From Botryllus schlosseri (taxonomy: Eukaryota), in contig CM119371.1 in NCBI GenBank assembly GCA_051294905.1, positions 11,782,001-11,846,000 on the forward strand: DNA of 64,000 bases, given 5' to 3'. How positions within the stretch are numbered: position 1 is the first letter of the stretch; every line of letters begins with the position of its first letter. Of the stretch, positions 13,901 to 26,090 are shown one piece after another. The translations under genes and the position numbers were made by a program. Below the pieces are notes generated by a model. It had not been told where the DNA came from. It did no database searches and worked only from the letters and a program-made list of their open reading frames with translations.

Positions 13901-14180
13901 CAGTTTAACAAGAACTGGACCGTATCAAGTGATCAGTTGCTGCGACAAATTTGTTGTCCAGCACTGGGATTGGTCCGGCATGACCAGTGAGCGACAGGAA
14001 CAGATTTACAAGGATTTCATGAAGTTTATTCCTCGAGTAACTTTGCCAAATAATAAAAAGACTTCTATCTCAACCGATTCCAAGTTGATTACAAACACCC
14101 CATCAAAGCAAAGTGGGAGTAAGCTAGGTCAATATCCGCGATCTGCCATCAAACAAAAAACAAGAAGAAAATTCATGTGA
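10971..14180 (+). pseudogene. MULE transposase fusion: PHD finger + vertnin-like OTU protease + DDE core, with two in-frame TAA stops
   Basis: ORFs 10896-13412, 13515-13790 and 13929-14180 share one frame; first ATG at 10971. C4HC3 PHD (~10998-11132), GDGNCFYRA (11358), FRPNH (His 11787), GFDKTFN (D 13233), VGTDDE (D 13440), CVKH (13503-13514), TNNNN*SINNVLK (Glu position is TAA, 13788-13790). Confidence 0.88.
11751..12230 (+). repeat. In-frame 240-bp (80 aa) tandem duplication in the transposase ORF
   Basis: TVPSDDIPFRPNH...HQKVxDS occurs twice, starting at 11751 and 11991. Confidence 0.95.
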
Positions 14181-14664
14181 TTACGGTTTTGCTGTACAAT
14201 CTTTGATGTATTTTATATGTTGATGACATGGCAATGGTTGTCGCATGTCGCCAAATATAATCAGTTTCGTTAGTCCATATGGAATTGTATAATTTCGCAG
14301 TTGGTTGGTATGAATTGTAGCGAGGGGAGGAGATAATGTTTGTATTCGATGTCAAATCCCAAAAGTTTGGGTTATTTAATTCACGTAGAACGAATTGCAC
14401 GTACTTTTAGATCGCTGATTTCCCGTTAAAACACTGCCGTCACGCTTGCCAGGGTTGTCAGAGCAGATATATAGGCATCCCAATCTCAGTTGACTTACTA
14501 TTTGTTACACTTAAGTCAAAACCCAATACCATTAATTTCCCCGTATTGCCAATCGCAATTGTGAATTCGGGATGGTTCGAACCACATGGTATGAGACCGT
14601 ACCCGATTGTTGTTAACAACCTTGATTTGACCCTAAAAATACCACACGCAATTATTATGTGGTG

Positions 14665-14931
14665 CAACATAGCCGACATATATCTGCGACATCTGTCATA
14701 GTCGACCTTTAGCTGCGACAAAGTCCTAATAGCTCCGACATAGCCGAAATAGTCGACATAGCCGACATGCACAAAGCCGCTACATAGCTGCGACATAGCC
14801 AACATAGTCGACATAGCCGCTACATAGCTGCGACATAGCCGACATAGCCGCGACATAGCCGACATAGTCGACATAGCCGACATAGCCGCTACATAGCCGA
14901 CATAGTCGACATGCACAAAGTAGACGGACCC
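14665..14931 (-). repeat. Right TIR of the MULE (CGACATAGC-type array)
   Basis: Reverse complement of the left TIR with a different unit count. Confidence 0.92.
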
Positions 14932-15918
14932 CCTACAACCCTACATGCTGTCCTTGTAAATCAGATTACATGCCAGCTTGTAAATTCACGTCTCAGCCTA
15001 CATCCATACCTATCCCAAAGCAACGCGATGCCAAAATACCGCAAAAGTTTCTTCACGCTCTCAAGACGACATTAGGACAACTGTATATTCATTCATGATT
15101 CACGATAAAAAAGTATTGCTGCTGGAGGTATAATTCTTGTTTAGGAGGCATGCAAATATAGCACGAGTGGTCCCAAGAAAAGGTGAATTAATTCCAACGC
15201 CGGATAAACTTCCAATTGTTTCTTTTTCTCCTCTTCATTCCTTCTGTGTGACTAGTATATTGCAGTTCCACTAAAAATAATTCATGCGTAAGTCGCTATA
15301 CTAAGCCAAGTTGCTAACCTAGACATGACTTATAAAGACTAAGACAAATAGGCTAACAAAAATATAACAAGTTTTGAAGTACCGGTACTGGTACATTGTG
15401 AGTTGACGACTCCTCATTTACCATGATATAGCAGAGATTCATGACTTAAATGATCAATGTATTGAAAGAAAAGGTGCCTCATTTGATGCGGCATGTGAGC
15501 CAAACATATCGAGCAGTGGATGAAAACATATCTAAGCTATGACCCGATAAATGTCAATAACAAGCTAACAGTTTCAACTACTCCGCGGCAGAGTATGTGG
15601 TGTCGCAGGTCATTATACAAGTCGACTAATATCCCAAAATAGAACGGAGAATGGGGCGACTGAAATATTTAAATCATGAAACCAAAGTCATCCGGGTGGT
15701 GTGCACAGTCGTAGATATTCACGGTAACTAATACTATAGCCTACAGTAGGCTACTGTACCTTTTACGATGCGCATCCCATTCATCAGTCCTGAGAATCTT
15801 CAACGAAAGTCTCTACTTTCTTCAATCACAAGTCACAAGCTTCGCACCGTCAGCCTTTGCATGCCCAAAGCTCAATATTAATGACCGACCAGTCGGCAAC
15901 TCGGCTCGACACGCAGAC

Positions 15919-17907
15919 CAGAGATGCCACTGAGATATTTTGGAAAAACCCAGATTTGGACGTTGAAAAAACCCAGAAAAACCCAGATCCTCTATTTCAC
16001 TCAAATTTCTATGATATAGCTGTAAAACAGTGACTGAGAGTCATCAATGACAGTTATACGGACATAGAAGAAGTTTTAGCCCTTGATATTGAAATCCCAA
16101 CGGTTCATCACCATACTATAATATGCATGTTGCTCAGTTAAATGAGCAAATCCATCGAAATATGATGTTTTCCTCTTGACACATTGCTACCAGGCATTCG
16201 GTATGGGAGGTCAATACTTAGTGTATTATATATTCGTAATATTAGTAACAATGCTAATCCCCATGTATCGTGAACATGATTGTAGGGTAGTTCTATAGTG
16301 ACTGCGAGCTGACCAGATAGATTGAAAATAGCTTTCGATTCATCGACCCGAGGACAAACACTTTTATCTGGGATGTTTAGTCGAAAAAGAAACTGCCAAA
16401 TCATGACATTAAGAGTACATTTGCATTTAACAAACCCCTCACACTACACTCTGAATAACTTGCCCGGTTGCCCAAAATGACTCTTCGAGTGTCCCTGTTG
16501 AAAGTGAATATACTCTGATGCAGTGTTGGGATGACTCGAGTCATGACTTGACTCGAGTCAGACTCGAGTCAACATTTTCGTATGACTTGACTTGACTCGA
16601 GTCACTTTGCAAAAATGACTTGACTTGACTTGACTCGGCGCTTCAAAAATGTCAATTGACTCGTGACTCGGAGCAAAATTTACGAGTCAATTTCAAGTCA
16701 TCAACTTAACGGTGTCGAATAAATCATCCTTTTTTTATGTATGTTCGGATTGTTCGCGATACGCCGATGTCACTGGTGACGGCAACCAGTCATTTACTGA
16801 TTGCAAATTAACCGCAAACGAAACGATCACAACTTCCGTTGTCGTAGCAGTAGTATTTTAATCCAATCGCAACGTATCTTTGTTTCTCAGTGCTCAGTAC
16901 GCAGTGCTCCCCTTTACCAACACTCTGGTATAATTTAAATCGAACGAACATCGTTTATGTGTTTATATTCTCGCAGGTGTGTAGATTATTGGTAGTGAAG
17001 GCTACTGTATCATATCAATTTGTTTCGACTTCTCGAGGCTTCGTGCTCGATTCTCTATTTTGGTTGTTAATAACAGACTGTAACATGTATCTATACGCAG
17101 CAGTTACTCAAGTATTTTATTACCAGCTCCTAGTGTGCGTGAGCGATACAACGCCTTTTCGCATGTATATTGAACGTCAACGTCCAATTAATCTGTCTTT
17201 CACCCAGCTAGCAAAATTCAATGACTTTGCATCATCACTCATACTTCGAAAATCCAATTTGACTTGAATCGTGACTTGACTCGTGACTTGACTTGACTTG
17301 ACTCGACTTGACTCGAGTCACCTTCGAAAAACGAGTGACTTGACTTGACTCGAGTCACCTTCGAAAATCGATTGACTTGACTTGACTCGAGTCAAAATGT
17401 GCAATGACTCGAGATGACTCGTGACTCGAAGGTAATGACTTGATCCCAACACTGCTCTGATGTCAACATGGTAAATTAGTTAGATCAACAATTGGTCTCT
17501 CCATGTGCATAAATTGCATACTTTACAGCAGTTACATACTATTTACTGACACACAACGAATTTGTTGCAGCGCTACCGGTAGCATTCAAGTCCTAAATCA
17601 GGGTTGCCCTGTGAACATGACTTTCTGCGACCGAGTAGTCAGTATTCAATGAATGCTGTATCGCATAACGCCAAGACCCCTCATTTTAATAGTAAATGGG
17701 TCTCTTTTGACTCTGCCATTTCAATCACAGTGGAATCCATCGACATTAGATGATCTTACTAATTTAATAATCAATTTTGCGCCATAAAATTGACCTGACG
17801 AACATGATGTTGAAAAAAACCCAGATTTCAAGCACAAAAACCCAGAAACCCAGGTCATGCTCGAAAAACCCAGATCTGGGTGGAAAAACCCAGGAGTGGC
17901 ATCTCTG
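15919..17907. mobile_element. hAT MITE with AAACCCAG subterminal repeats
   Basis: cagagatgccact...agtggcatctctg perfect 13-bp TIR; TSD acgcagac. Confidence 0.9.
16521..17454. mobile_element. hAT MITE with GACTT/GACTCGAGTC arrays, nested in 15919-17907
   Basis: cagtgttgggat...atcccaacactg TIR; TSD ctctgatg. Confidence 0.92.
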
Positions 17908-20493
17908 ACGCAGACGACTTTGAAATAAGTGATATTCATCCGCTCACATATGCCACCAATAATATTTACTGTCCACGTTATAATGTTCAATCCAGGTTGG
18001 TTTTTCATACAGAAACATCTATCAACACCTATAGTCCCTTTCTTTTGCATCTAATTTCGTATATATATTGATATTTATTGCTCCACGTGTGGCTCCCTAC
18101 TTACTTACCTAACCGGACGCTATTTGTGATGTCACAGTTGACTGTTGGTTGTTTACTACGAATCTCAGAATAACCTGCAACGCGCAACCTAAGGTAACCT
18201 ATTATAGGTCGCCGTGTCCGCCATTAAGAAATGGTCAACTGAGCCTGCTGCTGTGCTGATATTTCTAGTTTCAGGAATAAGATTATATATTCTAAACTGA
18301 TATTTGTAACTCATTAGCCCTATCTGTTACAATGCAACAAATCTAACCGCCGAGACCGACCGTGTAGCCATAGCCTTATAATATAATGTATATGGTGTAA
18401 CTACATTGTCCGCTGCTTCTTGCACCCAACTATCCACTATACCGAAATTGGGACTAGGGTCAACCAGTTCCGTGTGACCTAATCCTGTCGCGCGAACGAG
18501 GTTGAATCAGGTCAAATCGCAACGAGAATGATATCACAGTGACATGCACTTCCACGTATCCACTGGTTGCTGGGGCTTGGAAGCTAATCAATTTTTCCAA
18601 TAGCTTGGTAAAATGCCGTAGCGAGTAACTGTCAGTAACCTTGCGAAGAAATTCTGGTAACTTGACTTAGCAGCTAAATTAATGTAATATTACATATCAA
18701 AAAGTAAAATGACAAACTACACGCTGCTATTAGCTGCGACCGGTAATTCGTTGTAAAATTTACAGAAATTTCTTTGTAAATCTACCAGATTTTTTTGTGT
18801 GCTTGACGCCACTAGAAGCCAAATATACTCTGATTTTTGATCACATTCATATCACCGATTTGGGGTCACCCGTGAATCGGTCGCCCAATCCAGACATAGT
18901 TCGCAACTGCATGAATGTGTGCGTCTCTGAATCGTATGTAAAAGGGTCGTGCAAGGTAGGATGGACGGATTTGTGGCGCGTTCCCCGGGAGAGTTTCCCT
19001 AAACTCATTTAAAAAAATAAGGAATCCGGTCCACCTCATGTTCATGTTCCTCTATCCGGCCCGCCGGGTGGAGAAGTTGCCCGCCCCTGTTCTACATGGT
19101 GGCCTAGGAAAAAAGCTTTAAAGCTAGTATGCAGTGCAGAGTGTATGCCTGCCACTACACCCGCTTTGGAACCTGGTTTTACCACGTAATAATAATCCTG
19201 GACGAAAATGTTATTTCACTCCGGTTGATGTGAGACAAAATCACTGTAATAGCTACGATTAACAATGCGTCGAAAGTTCAAAAAGCTTTTACATATTCGT
19301 CGCAGTGACAGAAGTTAGGAAGCTACTATACCTAATATGCTATTAATAAGTGCATTTGAATTATCCCACACCTGGAACAGTAAGAAATATGTACACTTTT
19401 CAACCGCACTCATTCGCACCACGTTGGTCATCCGCACTGCAATCTCTTCTATCCGTACATGTGCGTATACCATCCAACGCGTTGAAAGACACTGGTTTGG
19501 TCTATCGTATACCACTTTGAACAGAATTTGAAGAATTGCGATCTAGTTGATGAGTGGTTGAATAAAGAAAAATGAGGGATACCATTCTGGTCAAGTCTTG
19601 GTAATTACTTTCCTACAATGCGCAATGTTGACACGGGGCCTGCGATGTATTGATTCTGTAATCCCGCCCGTCAACCACTTCATTCTCCCATATCCGAACC
19701 ACCGACGGGAAAAGTTGCACGCCCCTGAGTTAGAGAGATGTAGCCTACTGGTCAAGGTTTTTCCAGATCCGTATTCAATCCTGTCTGATAAAACGGAATA
19801 CTGATAATATGCTGACATTTTTCTAATTATAGGCCTTCTTCGACAATGCATTGATGTTTGCTATTAGGGATTCAGTGCTGAAATAAGCCGAGTCCAAGTT
19901 TATAGAAACAACAAACAGCAAGCCACGTTCATGCACGGTTTTTCTACTTTTGTACTGCGCATTAAATAGATAATTGACTATGATAAACACTCATGTCGTT
20001 CTCAGTTATTCGATCAATATCAACATGACCTGCTGCGAGAACTTTGTTTGTTAAAAAAGAAGTTTGACAAGCCTAAAAATTGTACTTTTGCACAATGGAA
20101 ATATAATTTCTCTTGTACCAATTGGTCATTCTACCAAGATGAACGAGGAGTATAAAGCTATCAAGTTTGTCCCTGGAAAGCTCAACTAAAATACACATAT
20201 GCGTCTCATCTCATTTCACTTGTAAATGGAGAATTTCCGAAAAGCCAACAAAAGTGGGTATACCTATTATCCATATTGTTATGTTCGTGTATTTACGTTG
20301 GTATCGTTTCACTCTATTTTGTATAGGACTAGTAATTAGCGCCAAGGACTAGTAATTAGCGCCAATCATTATTTCCTCGTGCGCCTTGCGTTGTATTTAT
20401 ACCCTGTGTTATGTTGTGTCGTTTAACTGAACTCTGGATCGTGTCGCTTGTCTTGAATTCATACTGCTGTAAAATATACTGATGCCGTATTGC

Positions 20494-20749
20494 CGAGCGA
20501 GATAGTGTAATGGTTATGCGTCCGGCTTCTCGAGCGGTAGGTCGTGGGTTCGATCCCCGGCCGGGTCATACCGAAGACTCGAAAAATGGTATCCGCAGCT
20601 ATCCTGTTAGGCGCTCAGCAATCACGGATAGCATGGAGGAGAAAAAAAACGGGGGCGCAGACTAGATGACCTCATGGGGCCGTATCGCAATTCCGTCGCC
20701 AAAGCATCTCGATGGTGCAGGCGAGAAAGAATATCATATCTCTCTCTCT
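20494..20749 (+). mobile_element. tRNA-derived SINE with (CT)n tail
   Basis: A box tagtgtaatgg, B box ggttcgatccc, non-tRNA body, (tc)n tail, TSD ccgtattgc (20485-20493, 20750-20758). Confidence 0.88.
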
Positions 20750-21280
20750 CCGTATTGCAACTTCGTCGTATTGAGTTCAGACACGGGGTGATTACTTCAT
20801 GAATAAAATCGATTGCGATTACGATTACTTCAGAATCAGGAAGTAGTCGATTACGATTACGATTACATTGGAAAAGTAATCACGATTACTCACGATTACA
20901 TTTGTTTTGCTTCTTAGGACTATAATCTTAAATGATATATTGGAAGACAACACAAGAATTGCGATGAAAAGGCTTAATGAGATATCAGCTCTCTTCATAC
21001 ATCATGCGTCATTTGCTTATTGCGTCATAATATACCAATTGCCCAACTTTATAGGGGATGATTCATCGTACCCAACGATTTGCATTATTACCGGGTCTTT
21101 ACCTGCCGGAACCTAAATTCCTTAATAGGGTGGGGAGCGTGCATAACAGCGAGCAACATAAATCATAGAGTATTTTCGAAAATTTAATTAATTCTTGAAA
21201 ATGTTCTTCGAGCTTCGCGATTCAAATGTCTCTAGTGCAGGGGTCACCATCGCGGACCAAATGAGTCGCCCGCGGTCACT

Positions 21281-21590
21281 GTAGCAAATTAATATCCAAA
21301 TGAGAGATTTGAAAGTTGAAACTGGTTTCATATGAGCAGCAGTTAAACGTGGGTCGGCCGACCCCAAGGAACATACGAACGCAGTCGCTCGGGGCATTGC
21401 TCGTCTTCGCCCACGTGGCGGCTCAACCGGAATCTATAGTTAATATTCCCGAGTCTCGACGCGGAGATTGGCGCTTCGGCGCGCACTGCAGCAACGCAAT
21501 CGAGCCCGGAGGAGCTGGTGTGAGTCCCGGCGAGTGAGCGTTTTTTGTTCTTGGTGAGGGGCGGAAACCCGGCCCAGTGCTCTGATTGTC
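21281..21590 (+). pseudogene. Decayed 28S rRNA fragments (two non-adjacent segments joined near 21571)
   Basis: gtagcaaat..atccaaatgagagatttgaa, ttcatatgagcagcagttaaacgtgggtc and cccggaggagctgg follow the conserved LSU sequence GTAGCAAATATTCAAACGAGAACTTTGAA..TTCCATGTGAACAGCAGTTGAACATGGGTC. Then gcccagtgctctgattgtc matches LSU GCCCAGTGCTCTGAATGTC. Confidence 0.8.
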
Positions 21591-21601
21591 TTACTCTAAG
21601 T

Positions 21602-22498
21602 CAGAGGGCGGGCAACATATGGCCCGCTTGCCGGATCCGGGCCGCGACGGGATTTTGTCCGGCCCGCGGACAGTTTTCCGTCTTATATGATAATGTGGCT
21701 CGCGGCTATACAGTCTGCCAAGATTCCCCGCTACTTGCTTACTACGTCAAATTTTAGTGACTGTATGTTATTATATACATGCATGTGCAATTGTGCACTG
21801 CGCAGCGTGCTAGAGTGGAGCTTAAGCGTAAGTTCGTCGAGGCGGGAAGACTTGCATTATCGGAATTTACGATGTACTCAACCCTAATATCGTTTGTGGT
21901 AATCATGTTGTTTGTCCACTACACTAGTAATTTACACCAGGCCGATATTTTTTATTTTTTATTCCGTAGTCGCCGACACGTGGCACGGCACACTTCTAGG
22001 CTTTTGTAAGACACCGCTTATGCCAGGGGTCGCCAACTCAAAATGGGTCGCGATCCACTTTTCAAATGCCGTAGAAGCCTCGGTCCGCGTGAACTCAATA
22101 TCGAGATAAAATAGGCCACACAGTTAAACAACGACCTTATCTCGTCACCTACTCAGCCCTAATGAATTGATATCTTGGTAAATTTAGGGTACAGGGCTTA
22201 TCGAACGCCTTGAAATCTTAATTAGTGATTGCACCGTGTGTTGATTGATCAGAGAGAAGCAGACATGGAGGCACCTGTATGACAATATGCTGTTCTCAAA
22301 TCCACATTATCTTCGTCATTATCGGCGAGAAATAGCTTTGAAGTGACATTGCTGTCGTTAAAACATTTTTATTAAATACGATTTACACCTTGTATATGTG
22401 GATAAATGGAGAATAATGTATCGATTGAGCAATCCGGCCCGCCAAGTACTTAATTTTCCTATATCCGGCCCGCCGACTGGAGAAGTTGCCCGCCCCTG
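21602..22498. mobile_element. hAT (Charlie-like) MITE inserted into the 28S-derived segment
   Basis: cagagggcgggcaac...gttgcccgcccctg termini; perfect TSD ctctaagt; contains another hAT-like end at 22024. Confidence 0.9.
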
Positions 22499-22506
22499 CT
22501 CTAAGT

Positions 22507-22544
22507 GAAGAAATCCAACTGAGCACGGATAAACGGCGGGAGTA
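22507..22544 (+). pseudogene. Continuation of the 28S rRNA fragment after the nested MITE
   Basis: gaagaaatccaactgagcacggataaacggcgggagta vs LSU GAAGAAATTCAA..AAGCGCGGGTAAACGGCGGGAGTA. Confidence 0.8.
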
Positions 22545-24269
22545 GGCGGTAACCCGTCGATCGTCGCAATATTCAGTACACATAACACAAGAAGTATCTT
22601 TTTGTTTCAGAACGGTTGGTGACCCCTGCTCCAGTAGATAGCTGGGTTTGAAATGCATACCTCCCCCATCAAGAAAAAACATGAATAGGCTAATGTATGG
22701 GAACAGGCATTTCGGAGCCGGTCATTACCGCGCCACGATCCCACAACACACCAAAAGACGTAGCCTATGCAGTTTCGGCCAACAGGCAACTCCGCGGGAT
22801 GTGATACCAAAGAAATACCTTGGCCGAAACTTAGGGTGTTCGTCCATTGTCAATAGCCGTGCTGAGTGGGCGTGACTAATGAGTCCTGTCCTTCCAATCT
22901 GAGCCCACAATGCAAATGCCCCCCGGCGCATTCACAAAGAAATAAAGCCATGACAATTTTTGTGTGCGTCTCACGAAAGATATTCTTTTGATCTGCTACG
23001 TTTGGGCGAGTACAATATCTTTTCATTATACAACAGACTGGAGGTGACGAATTAACAACATACAATAAAGTAATTATAACAGCATACCAGATGCTTTAAT
23101 TATGAATTACGTGCCCCAGCTCTACAGGTAAATCTGACACTCAGGGCTGAGAGAGGTCAAAAATGAATATAGTAATATTATTGACGAAATTCAGTTTTGA
23201 AAATTGACCAACGGTTGGACTGGGGGACGAATTACTGTTTTGGTTCTGATTCTAGCTACAACCCACGCTGACATGTCAGGCTATATAAGCGGATGGTTAT
23301 GGCGTCAGGTCCAAATGCTGAGTAACGAACTGTGAAATAACGATTGGCGCCCGTTTCAAGTATAGTTATATGAGAATAAGATATAGTGAACATAAAAATT
23401 CTGCCTTCAACCTAATACATATACTGCGAGATGCTGTTACGAGAAACGGCTAAGCACGGCTCGGTTATGATATATAGCAGCAGCTGTTTATTTGTAATGC
23501 TTCGTTGTGGAAACTGCAATGTTTTATTCGAGTACAAAATTCCGAATCTTTGTCAGGTGTACGTGCGTACATAGGCCTAGGCTACTGCTCGCCAAGCAGC
23601 AACGGTAAAACTGCGTTTAACTAAGCACAACTAAACATCAATTACTATTTGAAACTATAGGCAGAATGGTGATCAATATCCTGCGGCGAGGTAGGGGCGT
23701 CTGTAGTGTATTGATAACCTGATATACACCACGGGGGTGTTCTTACAATCACACTACAATGTCCATCGCATGTCTGTTTACTATGTGTGGATACATCTTA
23801 CGCAATGACGAGCGGAGCGAATACTTCTGATGTTATAATGAGTAGAGGCGTTTGAAAATCAGACGTTTGTGCTATCGTTAACGTGGTATATTATCTCATT
23901 CTTGATCACGAATATTCAGTTTATGTCATAGTCCTTGTACAAACAAAAAGTAATCGTTCTTTCACATAGAAATCGATTAGATATGGGAAGTAGTCGATTA
24001 TGATTACGATTACTTCGGATTTTTTTCGAATCTAATCGATTGCGATTACGATTACTTCAAAATGCTGTAATCGTCGTAATCGATTACGATTACTAATCGC
24101 GATTACCCCATGTCTGATTGAGTTTTATTGTTCAAACAAGATCAAGAACATAACACATATCAAACGCGAAACTTAAATCTGAAATCTTTGATGAATCTCA
24201 GATTCGAATACGGATTACAATTTCATATTAAGAAAGGTGCTCCCTGCATGGAATCCTTTCTAGGATGTA

Positions 24270-25061
24270 GTAAATAAAACTTTTTGGAAGATCACAAAGC
24301 ACCAAACTATAAACAATTGGTCCGAGAATTGGTATCTGCAGATGGAAACCTTGGAGCAAACATGAGCATTAGATGTCACTTCCTGTTCAGTTATCTTGAC
24401 ATATTTTCTGATAATATTGTTGATTAGAGGGAATTGAAAGGGGAAAGGTTCCACCGATAGATCAAAACAACAAAAGAAAGACATCAGTGCAGATGCGACG
24501 AACATATTATGGCAGACTGTTGCTCGAACCTTTCGAAAAACTGTACTAAATTGCGTATAACTGATAATAGTACAATAAGCAATTTTGCTTTAAGATAAGT
24601 TAATAATATAATATTCCAACTGATTATTTTGAATTTAAAATAGGTGGTTGACATAAAACTTAGACAATTATCGCAACGTTATTTGGGTATTTAGGTAAAT
24701 AGGCCTACTTATATACATGATTGAAGTTTATTTATGCAGGCTACGTGATATCCATGAAAGTCTCCAATTATCTTAAATCTAATACCACGAAATATAATTC
24801 TGTTGATGTATTTTGATTTAAAACAGTCTTCAGCGTGTCAAAATAACAAATAGATTGAATTTCTGAACTTCATAGTACGACTGAGCCAATTTTTATCTAG
24901 CGCGGCGAAAATATGAGATTTTAGTCAAAATAGCCCCATGGAGAATGTCCCAAAATAGATCCAATTTGAAAAATAACTAAGGTAATATTCGAAATCAGTG
25001 CCCTTCAAAACCCCCAAAACCACTCTTACTTTGTCTGCCTAAAAATATGTGTTGACCAGTG
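24270..25061 (+). mobile_element. Chapaev3-like transposon remnant (transposase C-terminus and 3' end)
   Basis: Translates NYKQLVRELV..LGANMSIRCHFLFSYLDIF..GERFH..IMADCC with stops, resembling the KxHFLxSHLD..GERFHQ..MADYCW motif; ends ...gttgaccagtg. Confidence 0.65.
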
Positions 25062-26090
25062 TTATTATCCGTCTAGACTTGCTCATTCAGCACAAGAACA
25101 AACCCCATACGTTAATTGCCTTGCTGAAACTCATTTCTACCACTGGCAGGCGAGTGAACATCCTGGCGTGAGACCGTTTTCAAGTCCTAAAAGGGAACCG
25201 ATGACAGAAGCGAATATAATAACTTGCCCAAATTGCATGGACCAATTCATGAATAATTGCATATTCTGTGTAGCCCTGGGATATACATTGAGTTCCCTGG
25301 TGGTTTCAAGGATGTAAAAAATGTCTAGCGGTACAATATTTGAATTGAAAATGGTGTGACATCATAACGCTAAAGTCTAATTTTGCATTGACATTCTTGC
25401 TTGCCAGAAGTGATTTGGCTTCGATGTTTTTATGTTCTTTTTTAAAATGTCCTTGTGTCGTGTGTATTGCTTACTCTGATCTGACTGTGGAAAAGATGGA
25501 AACCACTCATTGGTATGTGAGTGTATGACGCTCCAACAATTTTTTATCCCTAAATCGGAGTGGATTGAATGTAATGGACATATCTATGCATATTCCCGAG
25601 AATCTGTTTTGGTTTAGAGCCGAAAAATATTTGAATTTGCTACAGCGGGAAATAAATGACTTTCAATTTTGTCTGATGTTATAAAGATTGCAGAAAACGT
25701 GATGAATTTGTCATTTTGTCTTCTTGTAACTTCATTGGAGCCAATATATTTGCACGAAATTTAAAATAGTGTATTTTTAGCGATCTAGTGTTTTAGTAGC
25801 AAATCTCGTATTTTTCACGAACCTCGAGTAGCAACACTGTTGTGACTATCAGAGTGAGGTTATAACACAAAATTCTATCACACAAATCGAAGGGTACCTA
25901 CTAAATAAAACATGTGGCAACATAAACGGTAGTATTATCATATTAATGAAACAACGGCGTATCCGGTTGGCGTATCCAAATTTTGACACTCGCATATGAT
26001 GGAACGTAGATGGAGCTCTGTCCACACCAATTCCATGCAGATCCGTCGCGGAAATGTGTCCAAAATAGACAACTATGATTTGGCGCATGT

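Larger units (their letters stand above)
9191..14931 (+). mobile_element. Full-length Mutator/MULE DNA transposon with tandem-repeat (foldback-type) TIRs
   Basis: Termini gggtccgtctactttgtgcatgtcg / cgacatgcacaaagtagacggaccc; perfect 10-bp TSD cctacaaccc (9181-9190, 14932-14941); internal MULE transposase motifs. Confidence 0.93.
8945..18801. mobile_element. EnSpm/CACTA-like non-autonomous element containing the MULE and hAT insertions
   Basis: cactgaaaaaaaa...tttttttgtgtg termini, CT dinucleotide on both flanks, and subterminal TTTACC repeats at left mirrored by GGTAA/GTAAA at right. Confidence 0.6.
8334..19089. mobile_element. hAT (Charlie-like) MITE probably split apart by about 10 kb of nested insertions
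   Basis: Perfect 14-bp TIR caggggcgggcaac (8334) / gttgcccgcccctg (19089). Each end matches the corresponding end of the family member at 21602-22498. Flanks match only 5/8 (tgctgtat vs ttctacat), so the pairing is inferred. Confidence 0.55.
21238..22628. mobile_element. hAT MITE carrying 28S rRNA-derived sequence
   Basis: caggggtcacca...tggtgacccctg perfect 12-bp TIR; flanks ctctagtg / ctccagta (6/8). Confidence 0.8.
20778..24116. mobile_element. hAT non-autonomous element with (GATTAC)n subterminal repeats, host to nested MITEs
   Basis: cagacacggggt...accccatgtctg termini; TSD attgagtt. Confidence 0.88.

Noticed and set aside
16521..17454. Independent satellite or telomere-like arrays (GACTT, and ATTACA/GATTAC elsewhere)
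   Set aside because: Each array is subterminal within an element having TIRs and an 8-bp TSD.
20494..20570. Functional tRNA gene
   Set aside because: Continues into a SINE body and (CT)n tail bounded by a TSD, with no clean acceptor stem or poly-T terminator.
21281..22544. Functional rRNA locus
   Set aside because: Short, diverged, internally deleted and interrupted by a MITE; no 18S/5.8S context.
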